NCBI RefSeq assembly: GCF_000281045.1
Contig: NW_008246125.1
Span: forward strand, 191,451 to 252,269
Source: Saprolegnia diclina VS20
Lineage: Eukaryota
Length of the DNA stretch: 60,819 bases
Direction: 5' to 3'
Part shown: one piece after another, positions 34,931-47,767 of the stretch
Position numbering within the stretch: the stretch's first letter is position 1
How the letters are laid out: every line of letters starts with the position of its first letter
Notes under the pieces: model-generated
Told to the model about the DNA's origin: nothing
Databases searched by the model: none
Seen by the model: the letters and a program-made list of their open reading frames with translations, nothing else
Made by a program: the position numbers and the translations under genes

Positions 34931-35750
34931 GCTCACTTGTGCGTTCTCTCCTCAGCCATTCGTACCTCTGAAAATTACCGTCCAGTGCACTCTGTAGAGA
35001 TTTTGCAAGGATCCATTCAAAGGTCTCGACTGTTGTATCTATGCCGCATCATACGGTACCGCGATGTCTTGCATTCAATTCTGAATATCAAACGCGCTTC
35101 GAATACGCAGTAAAATACCATGCCATTACTGGGGCTTGAAGTGGGGGTAACCTACTTTTATACCTATCAACTCAACGAGGTGCCTGAGTTAATGGCGATT
35201 CACTTTTAATATTGAAATATGAGTAAAAAACGCGACTTACCACGTACAGTGCACGCCATCTGTAGCCTACCAAATAGCTTTTTCTGTAACAATTTCGGCT
35301 CGGGCCTTATCTGGATCCTTCGCATACTAGAACTAACATAAACCAAAAAAGTATTATCAATAAAATTGAAAAATGGTGTAATAAAAAAGTAAAAGTAATG
35401 AAAAACAATCGAGCGATGGTACTTTTTCGTAGCAATTCAGCTCCCCGCAATACCACGTAGTATTGCCCCTACTTTGAACGCCGATACCTTGCTCAGTTTT
35501 TTCAATTTTTGCAATCCGATCTTATGTATCTCTTTCCTCAGACTAAGCAGTCGAACTTTAACGTCCTTTTCCTAGAACATTAGTAGTGTAACTCGGAGGA
35601 TAAACATGTATTCCAATTAAATACGTATCCTTGAGGTTCTTCACAGTATTTATCTGTAAAAAGCCTCGGCTTAAAGACCATCTGGTGTGAATGTTCTTAA
35701 CAGAGATCGATATCGATCACCGATATTAGAGCTTCTCCACCCGTTCGCGC

Positions 35751-36145
35751 TATCCTACACTGGCTCTGTAAAATTTCCAAATTTGTAAAAACAATTCCGG
35801 GGAGATGCCCCACCGGTCCCTGTGAATTGCCCGGTATCTGTATAATGTTTACCGGGTGAGCAAAAATTGGCCGAGCGCCCTGTATCCTGGAGCCTGATAC
35901 GAGGCGCCTGGGCACCCTGGCTTTTTACCCGGTAAAATCGCGAATGACTCATGTTTTGTTTACTAGTAAAAAAATGTATACAAAATCGAATTTTAAGACG
36001 AAGTTCGAAGTTTCGACGCCAGACAAATCGCGACTCCCTGAATTTGTTTACAGGGCGACCGGTCGGGCGTTTTGTTTTATCTTGCTCTTTATCGCATATA
36101 CAGGGCGAAATCGCCCGGTAAGAAACCCAGAGCCAGTGTGGGATA
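35751..36145. mobile_element. MITE-like non-autonomous DNA transposon (~395 bp)
   Basis: Inverted termini TATCCTACACTGGCTCTG / CAGAGCCAGTGTGGGATA (17/18); internal inverted subterminal motifs CGCCCTGTA / TACAGGGCG. Confidence 0.8.
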
Positions 36146-36420
36146 CAGGGAACCGATGGAGATGCTCTCACTGCGCAAAATATATAGATATCACTAAATA
36201 TTTATTAGAGAGTGATAGAATAAGCGGCGTTTGCAGCCATAATATCTGGAGATATATATCACGTGATGTCGCGCACATTTTCGATACATTAGAGTGATTT
36301 TGCAAGCGTGGAATTTAGGATTGTTCGGCGCTCGAAATTCTGGAAAATTCAAAGAGTAAAAGTCGCGCGTCGATTGTTTTTGCAAACCTGCATCAGTTTT
36401 GCGCTTTGGACCGCAGGCAC

Positions 36421-37080
36421 ATGGACGACGTCCTGCTGGCACTCCCTCTCATCGCAATTCTCGCCCAATACCTCGTCGTGGCCTCTCGGGCCATCACCAA
36501 ACCAAGTACGAGCTTCAACTTTAGCGCGCAATCCGATACGGACTGCGTGTACAAGTTCCGATTTACCAAGCAGCAGATCGTCGAGCTCGTGCGCTCGCTG
36601 TATTTGCCCGACGGAATCATCACGACGCACCGCTACAAAGCCGATCCGTTGGAGGCGATCTGTATCATGCTCAGCCGGCTCGCGTTGCCGCATCGGCTTG
36701 GCTCCATGGTCGAGACGTTTGGACGCAGCAGCGAGGCCTCGTCCGCGATCAGCAACCACGTAATGATGCACGTGTACGAACGACTTCTTCCATCACTTGC
36801 TCGAGTGGGACAAAGCTCGACTTGACGCCGACTGGATGCAACACTGTTCGGCCGCTATCCATACTCAAGAGGCTCCCCTTACAACTTGCATCGGCTTCAC
36901 TGATAGCACCGTGCTCACTAGCACAGAGCAGTGGCCCAGCGCCCATTTGAGCTTGATGAGCAACGGTACCTGCTTGAAAATCAGAGCGCGAAGCACGGTG
37001 CCAGTTGGAGCGATCGGAGCGCGAGGACCAGCTTGAATTCATGCGAAGCACCATCGAATTAACGAAGCACCATCGAATTG
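36421..37080 (+). pseudogene. PIF/Harbinger-type transposase remnant joined to a coiled-coil fragment (possibly the element's second ORF)
   Basis: KFRFTKQQIVEL...LEAICIMLSRLALPHRL...FGRS, frameshift near 36795, then APLTTCIGFTDST (degraded GFIDGT catalytic motif), followed by FELDEQRYLLE...EREDQLEFMRSTIEL. Confidence 0.8.
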
Positions 37081-39169
37081 ATGCTCTCTCTCGGAAACAA
37101 GATATGCTCCTGTTGTGTGTGCCAGGCCTGGTAGCTGCCCGTCAAATCGATCAAAGCACCGACTACTGAGGGAGAACGATGGACCGTCCGTCAAGCCCTA
37201 TTGGGTCGCGGTATTTGCTGAGCGGCAGTAAAGAAAGCTCACCCGCGCTCTATGTCGTTAAGCACAAGTAAGCAGGAGCGTTAAAACGCTCGTGAGAAGA
37301 TTGCGATCTGACGGCTTTGACCAAGTACTTACTGTACTTTTTCTTTTTAGCTCCAATACGAGTAATGAATTCACGATAGGAAGACAGGAGTGAGCGAGAT
37401 GCTTCTCTTTTTTTCGACTTCAGAAATTTCTCGATGCCCAAATGACGATGAGCCTGATGTTTGGATAATATGGTACAAAGGTGAGACCAGTGGCCGTACG
37501 GCCACTCCCTAAGCGTATAGGAGCTAAATCGCTGCCATATTACAAGAGTTCAACTCTTGGTTGTATGCGCCAGTCTCGGTAGAAAAAAATATGCGGAAAC
37601 ATAGATCAATATCTGGTCCCTTAAAAAAAATGATTTTGCAGAACGCGAACTATGAGTCAAGTACATGATAGTGGCATAGTGGCGCTCACGCCGATCTCTT
37701 GACAGCAAGGTATGGAGCTGCGCTTTTTGAGGAGAAGAAACAATCAACTGGAATGATTGCTACATACGACTAGGTGCTGCACTATCTCTTCTCTCGACGT
37801 TTATAACGGCTTTGCACGGTTCTCTCCTTTAAATAAATATATGCTGTTCCCAAGTCAAAATTAGAGTTATGGTCAGAGAGTCCTGTTCAGAGTCTGGCTT
37901 GTGATCAAAATCGACGCAAGTCGTGGTTTGTTTGAGTCAGGCGCGTGTTGTAGAGATGGGAAATGACCACACGCACGGCTTTCCTACTTGGGGAGGAATG
38001 GTAATTGGACAAGAGACGGTGGGAGCGGCGGTCGTCGTCCGACGAGATTTGCCAGTTGTCAGTCGTCGCGCCAAGTTGGAAGTGATATGGACGCGAAAGT
38101 CTGACAGGTTGGATGAGGTAAACCCTCCGACACTGTTTGACGTACTCTACCCTACTGAACAAAGACGGGAGCCTTCGCTTCCCGTTTTTGATCGATTTGG
38201 GTGAATTTTTACGATTAGTTTTCAGAGACCCCGCATTTTTTAATATTTATGACAGCCCAGATGGAAAAAACAAGTGAGTTGCGAAATCTCTTCAATGTAA
38301 CACCTTGTGGCCAATATTGTTTTCCTGTTTATGAATGAGTGGAACTACCGAAATACTCAGAACAAGAGGCATACGTTTCGCTTTCTCAACAGTTAAGCGT
38401 GCCAAGCCCTGTGACAATCTATGGTCAGTCAAATCCAAAGGAGATGCTATCGGCATGCTAACAATATAAGAAGGCAGGGCTCTTGATCGGTCGCTGCATT
38501 GCGATCTTACTGGTCAAATCGTAAGGGTTATTGACAGTAGGAGCCCATAGCGAAACTACGATATGGACAACAGGATATTAATTAATTTTAGCTGTCAGCG
38601 GATAGCCCTACCCTGACAACCTTCTGACATCAAATTTGCACTAGAATCACGGTGTTTCTGTCGGTAACATCAGTGAATTCTCTTTGGAATACCGGAGCTA
38701 AAAAAAATTGTGCTCTGAATTGGCACCAACGTGAATCTTTTACTTTCTTTTCTGACTAACTAAAACTTATCTATCCTGCATAACTGCGCAAGCAATTTTT
38801 TAGTCGAATCGATTCTGCCATTAAGCAACACGATATGTGACAACAATTTGCTACATTCTTAATCATTAATTGCCCTGCAAGCGCGTGAGCAGAACAGTTG
38901 CAAGTTAGAGCTGATTGTTAGACAACTGAGAACTTTCGGTAGACATGTTTTTCGAGTTTAGATTTAGAATCTCGGCATCTTGGAAATTTCAAGCAGGTGA
39001 CTTTCAGTGGCTTTCGGGTTGAAGTTGCGATTTTTTTCCGGACTTTCGGTGGCTTCGAGATGAGCATTTCAATTTTCATGGGCAAAATACCATCTTGGAC
39101 TCGAGAAACAATAGCGGCAGGCCGGGCGCGCGCGATTCGGAGCTCCCAACAATTGCTGACAACTCCGCC

Positions 39170-39391
39170 CCATGTAACTTAGGAATATCCTATATAGGAC
39201 AATGCCTGAAATAACCATCTCCCTTCCCAACCACTCCCTGGCTCCCAGCACGCAGAAGCACAGACCTCCCCCTACACCACACTACCATCCCCTTACTATT
39301 CCCCTTACCATTCCCTTGCCATCTTCTAAGGCCCCAACACCCTCCTACCCCGGCGCTGGCCCCGGTAGGTCTGAGGTCCCAAGTTACATGG
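39170..39391. mobile_element. Small MITE-like element (~220 bp) with C-rich internal tandem repeats
   Basis: Inverted repeat CCATGTAACTTAGGA (39170-39184) / TCCCAAGTTACATGG (39377-39391), 14/15; internal CCCCTTACYATT units; no clear TSD. Confidence 0.55.
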
Positions 39392-41499
39392 AGTTGCATT
39401 TAGGCCACATGGTACATAAAACACCTTATCCTTTGTATGGACAGTTACATGCGGCTGGAATTTTGCTACAATCGAGCGCCACGAGCGAAGCGAGTCGACC
39501 CGGCGGTAGCGCAATAGGGACACATGCCATGCGCGAGCGTAGCGAGTGCATGTTGCATCAATTCGCGCCGCACTAATCACGGTAGTAGCGTGTGCACTTG
39601 TGGTAGTGCACGACAGCGCGGTAGGATACTGTGCGCGATAGCGCAATGTACGAGCGTGCATTTGGTATCGATGGGGCCTGCGCGATAGTGCGGGACCTTG
39701 GAGCTACACTATGTTTTCATTGTGTTAGATCAATGAGCTAGATCGCGATGTTAGAATCGTATCTAGATGTTACGTTCGCTTTGCAGGTCTCTATTGCAAT
39801 CCGCGCGCCACGCACAGTGCGGAAGACCCGATCATGGTGGGGATGCCATCTTCTGAGGTCGAGCGCAAGCGCGAGTAGCGGAATCGCCAAGCAGTACGCG
39901 CCCTGGCAACAGCGACGGCGATCGAGGAGGCCAAGGAGCTGAAGCGGAAGATCACCGCGAGGCAGAGGCGACAGCAGCGATCGAAGGCATCGACCGCGAC
40001 CGCCACGGCGCCTCAAGGGAAGCGCGCGCGTGCAGCAGCCGCGCCTGTCACAGTAGAATTGCTGGGCCTGCAAATCCGAGTAGCAATCCTTCAAACCACC
40101 TCATGAACGTTATCCATCCTGCAATGTTGATCATTCCGCGATGCTGCAGCAAGCTGTTGTGCGTGAAGCGTCCTGCTATGCAGTATTGGACCCGAGTGCT
40201 GAAATGATGTGAAGGTTAAAGCGGCTAAGAAAGAGCTCTTCCCGGCGGCGGCTCTGACAATAACAACCCGCATCTAAGCGAGATCGGAACGAAGCACCAC
40301 CCTCACCGCATAATGGAGACTGAAATTAACGTTTACATCATTGGAGCCCTACAAAGAATCCACCAGGTGCACCGTAGCGCAGCGGAGGTTGCACCGCAGT
40401 GTAGCTTCCGGATGTAGGCCGGCGGAGGTAGCGTCCGTCGCACGCGTCCATTCACCATGTGAATGCGTGTTTGCAGTAGGAAGGGAGCGTTGGTACAAGA
40501 GCCCGTAAGGGTGGAAGGCATCCACACTGTCTAAGCTACGATACAGACACACCGCTAGGTTGCACGCGGCGCCGATACCAAACTAAAATCAAAAAGCGCG
40601 ACAGCACCTACCTGCACATACCTTCGACACGGATCAAACCACTGCGCATGCTACGCAGAAAGACCGCTAGATGGCCCACCGGCCCTATGCCCCACCTCGA
40701 CCACAAAGACCAACCACACCCTGCCCCAAGAAAACCCGAGGTTTGGGGCAGGGTGCGTGGAACTTCCATGCATATGATCCCGTCCACCGACGAGTCCAAA
40801 CTACGTCACACGTAGTACACGATCCATCCGTTAGATTGCACGCTACCCCAATGCAAACCTCAACCAAAGAGTTTGACCAACACCTGCCCCAAGAAAACAC
40901 GAGGTATACCCTAGTGGTCACGCTGTTTTAACAAGCGAATGGCACTCCGTTTGTCCGTAGTGATGCGCATTGTCCAGTTTGTTAGGTTCCTCTGGTAAAC
41001 GGCTCGTCGAGACGAAAGCAATCGCTCGTGTGCGTGATGGTCGATTGCATGAAGGGCTCGATGTATTTTCGAAGAGCCACCCAAAATGTAACAACGACCA
41101 CGTGTCGTCATAGTTAGATAGAATCTAATATACATTCCCCAAAAGAACTACATCATCGTGGTCTGGAGTCAATTGGCGGACTCCCAATTTGGTCAATTGC
41201 ATTCGCTAGCTGGGGTACAGCTCTGGACAGGGAGACTTCTGGTGTGGATCGAGACAAAGAGAGTTTGGGCTGCTTGCTCGACGTGGCCGCATCGAGATCT
41301 GATCGTGAGCGACATATCGGGGACTTAATGGTCTTCACAACAAGCAATATCTGGGCTTCTTTCTTGCTCAGGATCGTCTTGATCTTCGCTTCGAGGCTCG
41401 AGTTGGCCAGTGGAGTCTTGGTGCGCTTCGCAACCGGCTGAATTGATCGCCTCTGCAGCACGCTTTCTGTTGTCCTCGGCAATGGAGGCTTCTGGTCGG

Positions 41500-42420
41500 T
41501 GCACGTTTTGGAGCTCGGACTGCAAGTTGTCGCTCTTGTACAAGTATCCATTGCACCAATAGACATAGGCCACTGCACAGCAAATACGTTCGGTCGCAGA
41601 CGTGCGATCGAAGTTCAAAGAAAGAGGCATAGAGCATAAGTGGGCCGTTCGTTGGTCGAACGCACGAGTACATGGTGTAGAGAAGCACAAACGTCAATGC
41701 TGGCAACTGTAAGCTGCGTTCGAAGTAAGCAATGACTCGCGGGCCTCCTTGCACTTTCCACTTCGTGACAGCAAACACGAATGCGACCGCGTGCGAGTGG
41801 TGCTTGAGATTTGGGTCCATGCCGATGCGGACTGTGTTGTCAGACCGTTTGATGAGTTCGATAGGCCTGTGCACAACATACATATCGGTAACGAGGTTGA
41901 GATCAATGCCCCACTTCGACTGCGTCCAGTTTCACTTCGACAATTATGAATTCGGGTGCGCAACGTTAGATGACCCACGTTCGACGGCATCCAGAGAGGC
42001 GCGCTTGCTCTCCGTATCAAGCCATGCCACCGAGACGTAGCGACAAACTGCTCCGTTTGCTTTGGCATGGACGACGTTGGCGTTCTCGCTGTAAAGCACT
42101 TGGCCCGGCGCACCGAGCGCAAAGTGGTCACAAAGCTCGGGGTAGACTTCACATCGGTAGAGCATAAGCGCGAGAGGTACTACTTTGCTGAGCACCCGTC
42201 GTCAGCATAGTACGACAGTATTTTTGGGTGCTGCAAATTCCTCGACCATGGCTGCGTTGATGACGCTGCAATTCGAGTTCCTTATCGTGAGAACAAGCGA
42301 GTTCGTCGGCCACGCCGGATTCTGGGCCACATCACCGGGTGTCAGTTCGTGTCGAAGTGCATTTACTAGCCGCTCCGTGATAGGCTTGGCACAGATAGGG
42401 CCCAAACACAATTGCCCCAG
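41500..42420 (-). pseudogene. Degenerate Pif1-like SF1 helicase (Helitron-type), divergent from the 33.5-kb remnant
   Basis: FALGAPGQVL...NANV...ANG; AVAFVFAVTKWKVQGG (motif V-like); LTFVLLYTMYSCV (LYV.SRV-like); in-frame stops. Confidence 0.6.
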
Positions 42421-43709
42421 CCCATGCTTGGCCCGGTAGGAAATAATTTGACAAACCCACGACCCATGCCAAAAATTGACAATTTCAAAATCGATGATGT
42501 ATGACTGAAGTTTAGACATTGTTCATGTGAGAAAGAGGTACTAGTATGAATTGGTAGATGTTATTGCTTGAATAATGATCGCGAAAAGTGAAGGTCATTG
42601 ACTCCGGGTTGAATACTAAATCTCATCGGTTCCAACCACTGGGTTCCAACCGGCCTGCCCACGCCCACCCTATGACTCCGTGGCCTAATGTCGGGCACTG
42701 ATTTGAGCTGGGTGCAGGTCAGCAACAGCCTCTCGAATTGGTGGGGGGTAGCCTGGTTTTTGCGTCTTGTTGCACGAGGCACATACAGCGATCGCGCCGG
42801 AGGACCGCTCATGCAACACAGCGGACTTATGGTAGCGCAAAACGTTCTTCTTCCAAGACCGGAGCTCCAAATGTCGCTGCCAGCGATCGCAAGTTGGACC
42901 AGACTCGTTGCTAATGAGCGCCTCGTCGTTGAATACAGAGCATTCGGGTTGCCAAGCTTAAGCGATAGTTCAGAAGCGCGAGACGAGGGTCGTTCGTGTA
43001 GGCGCGCCCCAAGAATTATCTCTTCTTGGGTGTGATAAACGTCATGGTCAGTGCCCTCAAGCTCGCGTTTGCACTTGATTTCGATGGACATGGTCTTTTT
43101 CATGCGTCGGTCGCAAGCGGGGTTTGTTGCCACACGCGTCCGAGTGCGGTCACACATGACCACATCTACAGCAGCAGTGGCTTCAGCGGGCGGAACGGAA
43201 TATGGCAATACATAAAGTATTGGTCGCCATCACTCGAGAATATTATTCACACCGTCGCCAATTGTCTGCGCTGCGACAGCTGCACAAATGAGCTCAGCTG
43301 GGCACACCCTTCCATGGTACTGGCAGCAGACCGCTTTCGAAGGTTGCGGTTGTACCGGTACTTCATTGCGTGTGGGAAGGAGCGCAGTGTGTATAGGTAC
43401 GCGACCTGGACACTCGAAAGCAACGTTGTCAACTCGTCAAGACGGAGTTGAACCTGAAGAACCTGCGTCTCGAGATGCCAACTTATGTGGCGGTAGATAT
43501 AGCGCCGGCGCTCGATGTGGCCGGCCACTGCTAATGCTGCCCCGCTTGTGTCGCTGTACAGCTGTCACATCCTTCTGTAGAAGGGTCCATCACTGCACAG
43601 AGTCGCCAAGCGTCTCTGGGAGCTACGGCTCACACCGGATAAAATTATGCAGAAACGTGTCTTCGTTAAGTCGTACTGGCGCAAAATTTAGGTCCTTGGC
43701 CGTGGGATC

Positions 43710-45619
43710 CTATTGCTGCGGCTGACCGAAGTTGAACATGGGAGCGTTGGAAGTATCTGTGCCAAACATAAACTGGTCGTTCTGTACCGCGGGCGCGGCC
43801 ATGTCGCTTTCAACTTCTTCGCCTTGGAAAAAGCGCTCGATGATCGTCATCGACTTGTTGTAAATGTCTATGTGGGTATGCATGCATGCATTCGGTTCCA
43901 CACGATATCATCAAGTATACCTTCACTCTCGCTGTACTGGAGCATCTGGATCTTCTCGACACCATCGCACTCGTCGACGAGGTTGGAGAACGCGTTCACA
44001 AATGTTTGGTTGGCTTGGCCTTCCTCTTCACCAATGCGCAAAATGTTCTCAAGGCCTTCGAGTGCGACTGTAATGACCTTGGCGTCGTGCAAGTCGAGAA
44101 GACTGCAGAGTGCGCCGATACAGCCTACAAGAGTCCGGCACTTGCATGCGACGTAAAGGCGGCGCACCAAAAAAGACCAGTTGCTTGATCTGGAGCGAAC
44201 TGCCACCGGACGTTGCGTTCGAGATGGCCCATGCCGCTTCCTTGCGGATGTCGAACTCCGTCTACAGTGATAACTCGTCAGCAGATCGAGAGCGATGACT
44301 GGGGCGTACCGAGGCGCCAAGATACTGAATGAGCACGGGGAAGATATCAGCGTCCATAATGTTCTGGATCTGCTGGGTGTTGCCGGCCGTAATGTTGGAG
44401 ATCGTCCAGCATGCTTCCTTGCGAATGCCCTTCTTTGGCGACTCGAGCAGCGCGCGCAGGCACGGCAAAACGTTTAAGTTGATCATGACCTGCGTCTGGA
44501 TGTCGTTGCCCGTCACGATGTTACCAACCGTGCGCAGCGCCGGGGTCTGAACCGACGGCGAGCGGTGCATGAGCAGCTCAACAATACGGCGACAGACGCC
44601 TGCCTCGATGACCGCCTGGATTTGCGGGTTTTCGCCATCCGAGAGGTAGCTCAGCGCCCAGCACGCATCCGTGAGAACTTCGTCGTCTTGCGTCAAGATG
44701 AGCTGTGCAAGCGTCTGCAACGCTGGGCGTACACTACAACGATGCAAAATTAGAACAAATTTGGGCTGAAACATTGTACTCGTCAAAGCGTGGCTTGGGC
44801 TTGCCGCGGCAAAAGTTGGAGAGCGTCCACGTCGCGTTGCGCAGCATCGTGGTCTTTGAGTTCGACGTTAGCTGCTGCATGAGTGGCCGCAGTGCGTTGC
44901 AGCTCAGAACGATGTCGCGGCACTGAGCAGAGTCGCCAGCAATGTTGCCGAGCGCCCAAACAGCCTGCTCGCGCACGTCGTCGTTCGGCGAGAGAAGCAG
45001 TTGACAGAAGATGGGCACGGCGCCGCTGCTAATGACCGTACGGGTGTGGTCTGACGTACCAGAGGCGATGTTTGTGAGCGCCCAAGCTGCCTCGAACTGC
45101 AAACTCGGGTAGTCCTCGCGCTTCAAGAGTTCGACGAAGACTGGCACGACCCCAAGCTTGATGACTTCTTCAATCGGAGGGTTCTTCTCTATAGCACGAG
45201 TTTGACGATTTTTCGATGACATTCATAGCGTTACCAATCGAAAGGAGCTTGCGAAACTTGCTCACAGACGCGAGCTGGACCTCCGAGTCGGGGCTCTGCA
45301 GGTTCATGCACATCTGCGGCAACTCGGCAAGCTACAAAATGGGTTTTAACGTCCCTGGCGACCGGAATAGTCTGGTGTACCTTTTCGAGAAGTGACGGGT
45401 CAGCCATACCCATCGTCATGGGCACGCCCGCGGATTCCGCCTAAAATCGGGTCGCATGAGCGTCGACAACACGCGCGTGGGGCGTACGGCCAGACGTCGG
45501 CGCTGCTGGAGCTGCTCTTCGCGCTTGACCTTGCGGATCTGGATCGTTGTGTCCTCGCGCTTCTTGCGCTGGTCCTCGACGTCGATGCCCTTCTTGAAGT
45601 TGTCTTTGCGCGTCGCCAT
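43710..45619 (-). CDS. KPNA: Importin subunit alpha, multi-exon
   Basis: IBB ([24 protein letters not shown]); [49 protein letters not shown]. Confidence 0.97.
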
Positions 45620-45749
45620 GCTTGCTTCTCGACGAGTGGAATGCTGTCAACCAGACACAAGAAACGAAGAACCGGTTCAGGTTTCCGGTCCCAAAATATC
45701 CGAACGATGCTTTAACCGGTTACACGGTTGCAGTGCAATTTTAGACACC

Positions 45750-46250
45750 ATGATGGACCTGATTCTCATCGCGGTTTTGGATCGTGGCAGGAATTGCGGC
45801 CTTCATCGCGTTGTTGTGCCTCTGCTCGTTTGGTCGCCCGCCGCTGCCGCCGCGAACATACTACGACGACGAGCATTTGGCATTCGACGAGTGCTACACT
45901 CTGGGTGCTGGGCTCTACCTTGGCGACGATCAGCACCCGACCTGTGAAGCCATCCCGCGGGCCCAGCGCGGTCGATTTGTCGTGCAAGCAATCACGTCAG
46001 AGACGGCTGGCGCTGTTATGCGCGAACCTTGGACGCCTACCTTCTAGGACGACATCAAGCTCGCGCACTTATTCACCAAGCAAAATTGCATCAAGGAGCG
46101 CAAGGTCCGGGAAGTTCCCAACAAGGTTCGATGAGTTTGCATTAACGTTAGGAGCCTATTTTGATTCCCGTCGGAGAAAGGTTCATGGTGCTCTGGGTCA
46201 AGCAAGACGCTTGTAGACGAAAACGCTGTTTATCTTTTAACACAGTTCAA
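45750..46250 (+). CDS. Small membrane-anchored hypothetical protein with apparent 1-bp frameshift; 3' end uncertain
   Basis: MMDLILIAV joins WIVAGIAAFIALLCLCSFG only if one T of TTTT (45775-45778) is removed. Confidence 0.4.
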
Positions 46251-46506
46251 CAAGCACGCCAAGTACACAAGACCGGCACCCTCGAGCCACCGGAGCCCTA
46301 GCGGTCTCATCTGCGACGTCCAACGTCCATCGATTTTTGCTGCGACCTTTGCTGCGATTGCTGCTTTACATGACAAGTTTTGGGACCAAGTAGTTTTGCT
46401 TGAACACGGCAAGCGCCAAGATATGCCACATGTGACCAAGATGACAAAGTCACGTTTTGTAACGAGGCAACTCGTTTATACTAGTATCATAACGCTCACT
46501 ACACGC

Positions 46507-47767
46507 CTACGCACCCATTTCGGTCATTTGGCTCTGCATTGTTTCGAGCAGCGCAAGACTGTGGGCGACTTTGGCTCTTGTATCGTCGCAAACGTCGTCC
46601 TCGGGTGCTTCGTGAATCAGAGTATGCAGTCGCGCGAGGGTTGACAGCATCTCGGCTGGCTTCATTCGGTCCATGAACTCTGCCATCGTTGGCGCCTCGT
46701 CATCTTTTGGCACCGTCATGAGAGGCAGCGACACTGCTGCGGGAAGTACGTCGTCGTCGCTGTGAGGCGACTTGGTCTCGAACGCGGCACAAAACGCGGG
46801 CTCGTCGACAACGTTGTCAGTTGCAGGGACAGGGGAGAGCGGTGGCACGAGCGTCACCGGGCCTTCCATAAGCGCTGTGCACCGGGCACCAAGTGCACGT
46901 GTGAGCGCCATGCGCGTGTGCTGCACTCGAAGAACCTTGGAGAGACAGTGGTATCCGAGCACAATGAGCCCCGTTCCTGTGATCACGTAGCCTTGATGCC
47001 ACGGGTCGCAGAACACGCACGCGACCAAGGCCAGAATTGTGCCAGTGGCAATCAGCGCGGCAAATGATGCCGACCAGAGCTGCTCAACAAGCGGAGAAAT
47101 CGTCGGATGCCGAATTGCGAGCGCCTTGGCCACGAGCTGCGCATCGTCTGCGTCGGTCAGCTGCCACTCTTTAAGAACCGTCGCTGTGTCCATGATCGTT
47201 GTCGCGTACGGCCATAGCTGACTGTGCAAAAAGCCGTGCAGATGCACAACGAAGGGATCCGTCGGCGCCAGCGGCGCGCACTCCAGCAGTACCACGAGCG
47301 CTGTGTAGCAGACAAGTCGCATCTACCCCAGAGCCATGGTTTTAGACCAAGTTATGACGGACGACAAGCATTACGTTTTCGGGCGAGAGGCGCTGAACGG
47401 GAATACGCTGCGTTATCGCGCCGAGCAGCGTGTCGAGAGTTTCGGGCACCGTGCGAGCAATCGTCCCTTTGGATTCAATCAGGAGCGATACCATAAGCGA
47501 TCTGGCGCGGTCGAGTACGTCTGCGTCGTCATTGGCCATGTTTGTGAGTACGGCAGCGAGACGCATCATGGCCTCCATGCGGTTCTCGAACGTCAGGTCC
47601 TATTTTCCATGAATTGAGCCTTGAAGGGATGGGTTACGTGATCATACGTTCTCGAGGAGGCGGCGCTTCGAGCATAGAATGTTGAGTGCTTCTAGCACAT
47701 CGCCTCGACTGGTGGATGCGAGGCCAAAGAGGAGACCGCGGTCATAGGCGGTCTCGTCCATGCGCAT
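46507..47767 (-). CDS. Hypothetical helical protein with two putative transmembrane segments, multi-exon
   Basis: Exons MDETAYDRGLLFGLAS..., MEAMMRLAAVLTNMAND... and ORF 46507-47322. Confidence 0.6.

Noticed and set aside
35131..35482. Possible degenerate inverted repeat (GGGGCTTGAAGTGGGGGTAA vs TTGCCCCTACTTTGAACGCC)
   Set aside because: Only about 14/20 identity and no TSD; too weak to call.
40600..40910. LINE endonuclease-like fragment (GQGAWNF) and a ~22-bp direct repeat CCTGCCCCAAGAAAAC-CGAGG
   Set aside because: The repeat is real, but the protein similarity rests on a few residues and cannot be supported.
40911..40950. Helitron 3' end (hairpin plus CTAG on the minus strand)
   Set aside because: The hairpin is weak and CTAG is followed by G rather than the expected T.
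33400..43700. Fanzor/TnpB or other RNA-guided nuclease
   Set aside because: No RuvC or zinc-finger motifs and no long intact ORF were recognised in the island.
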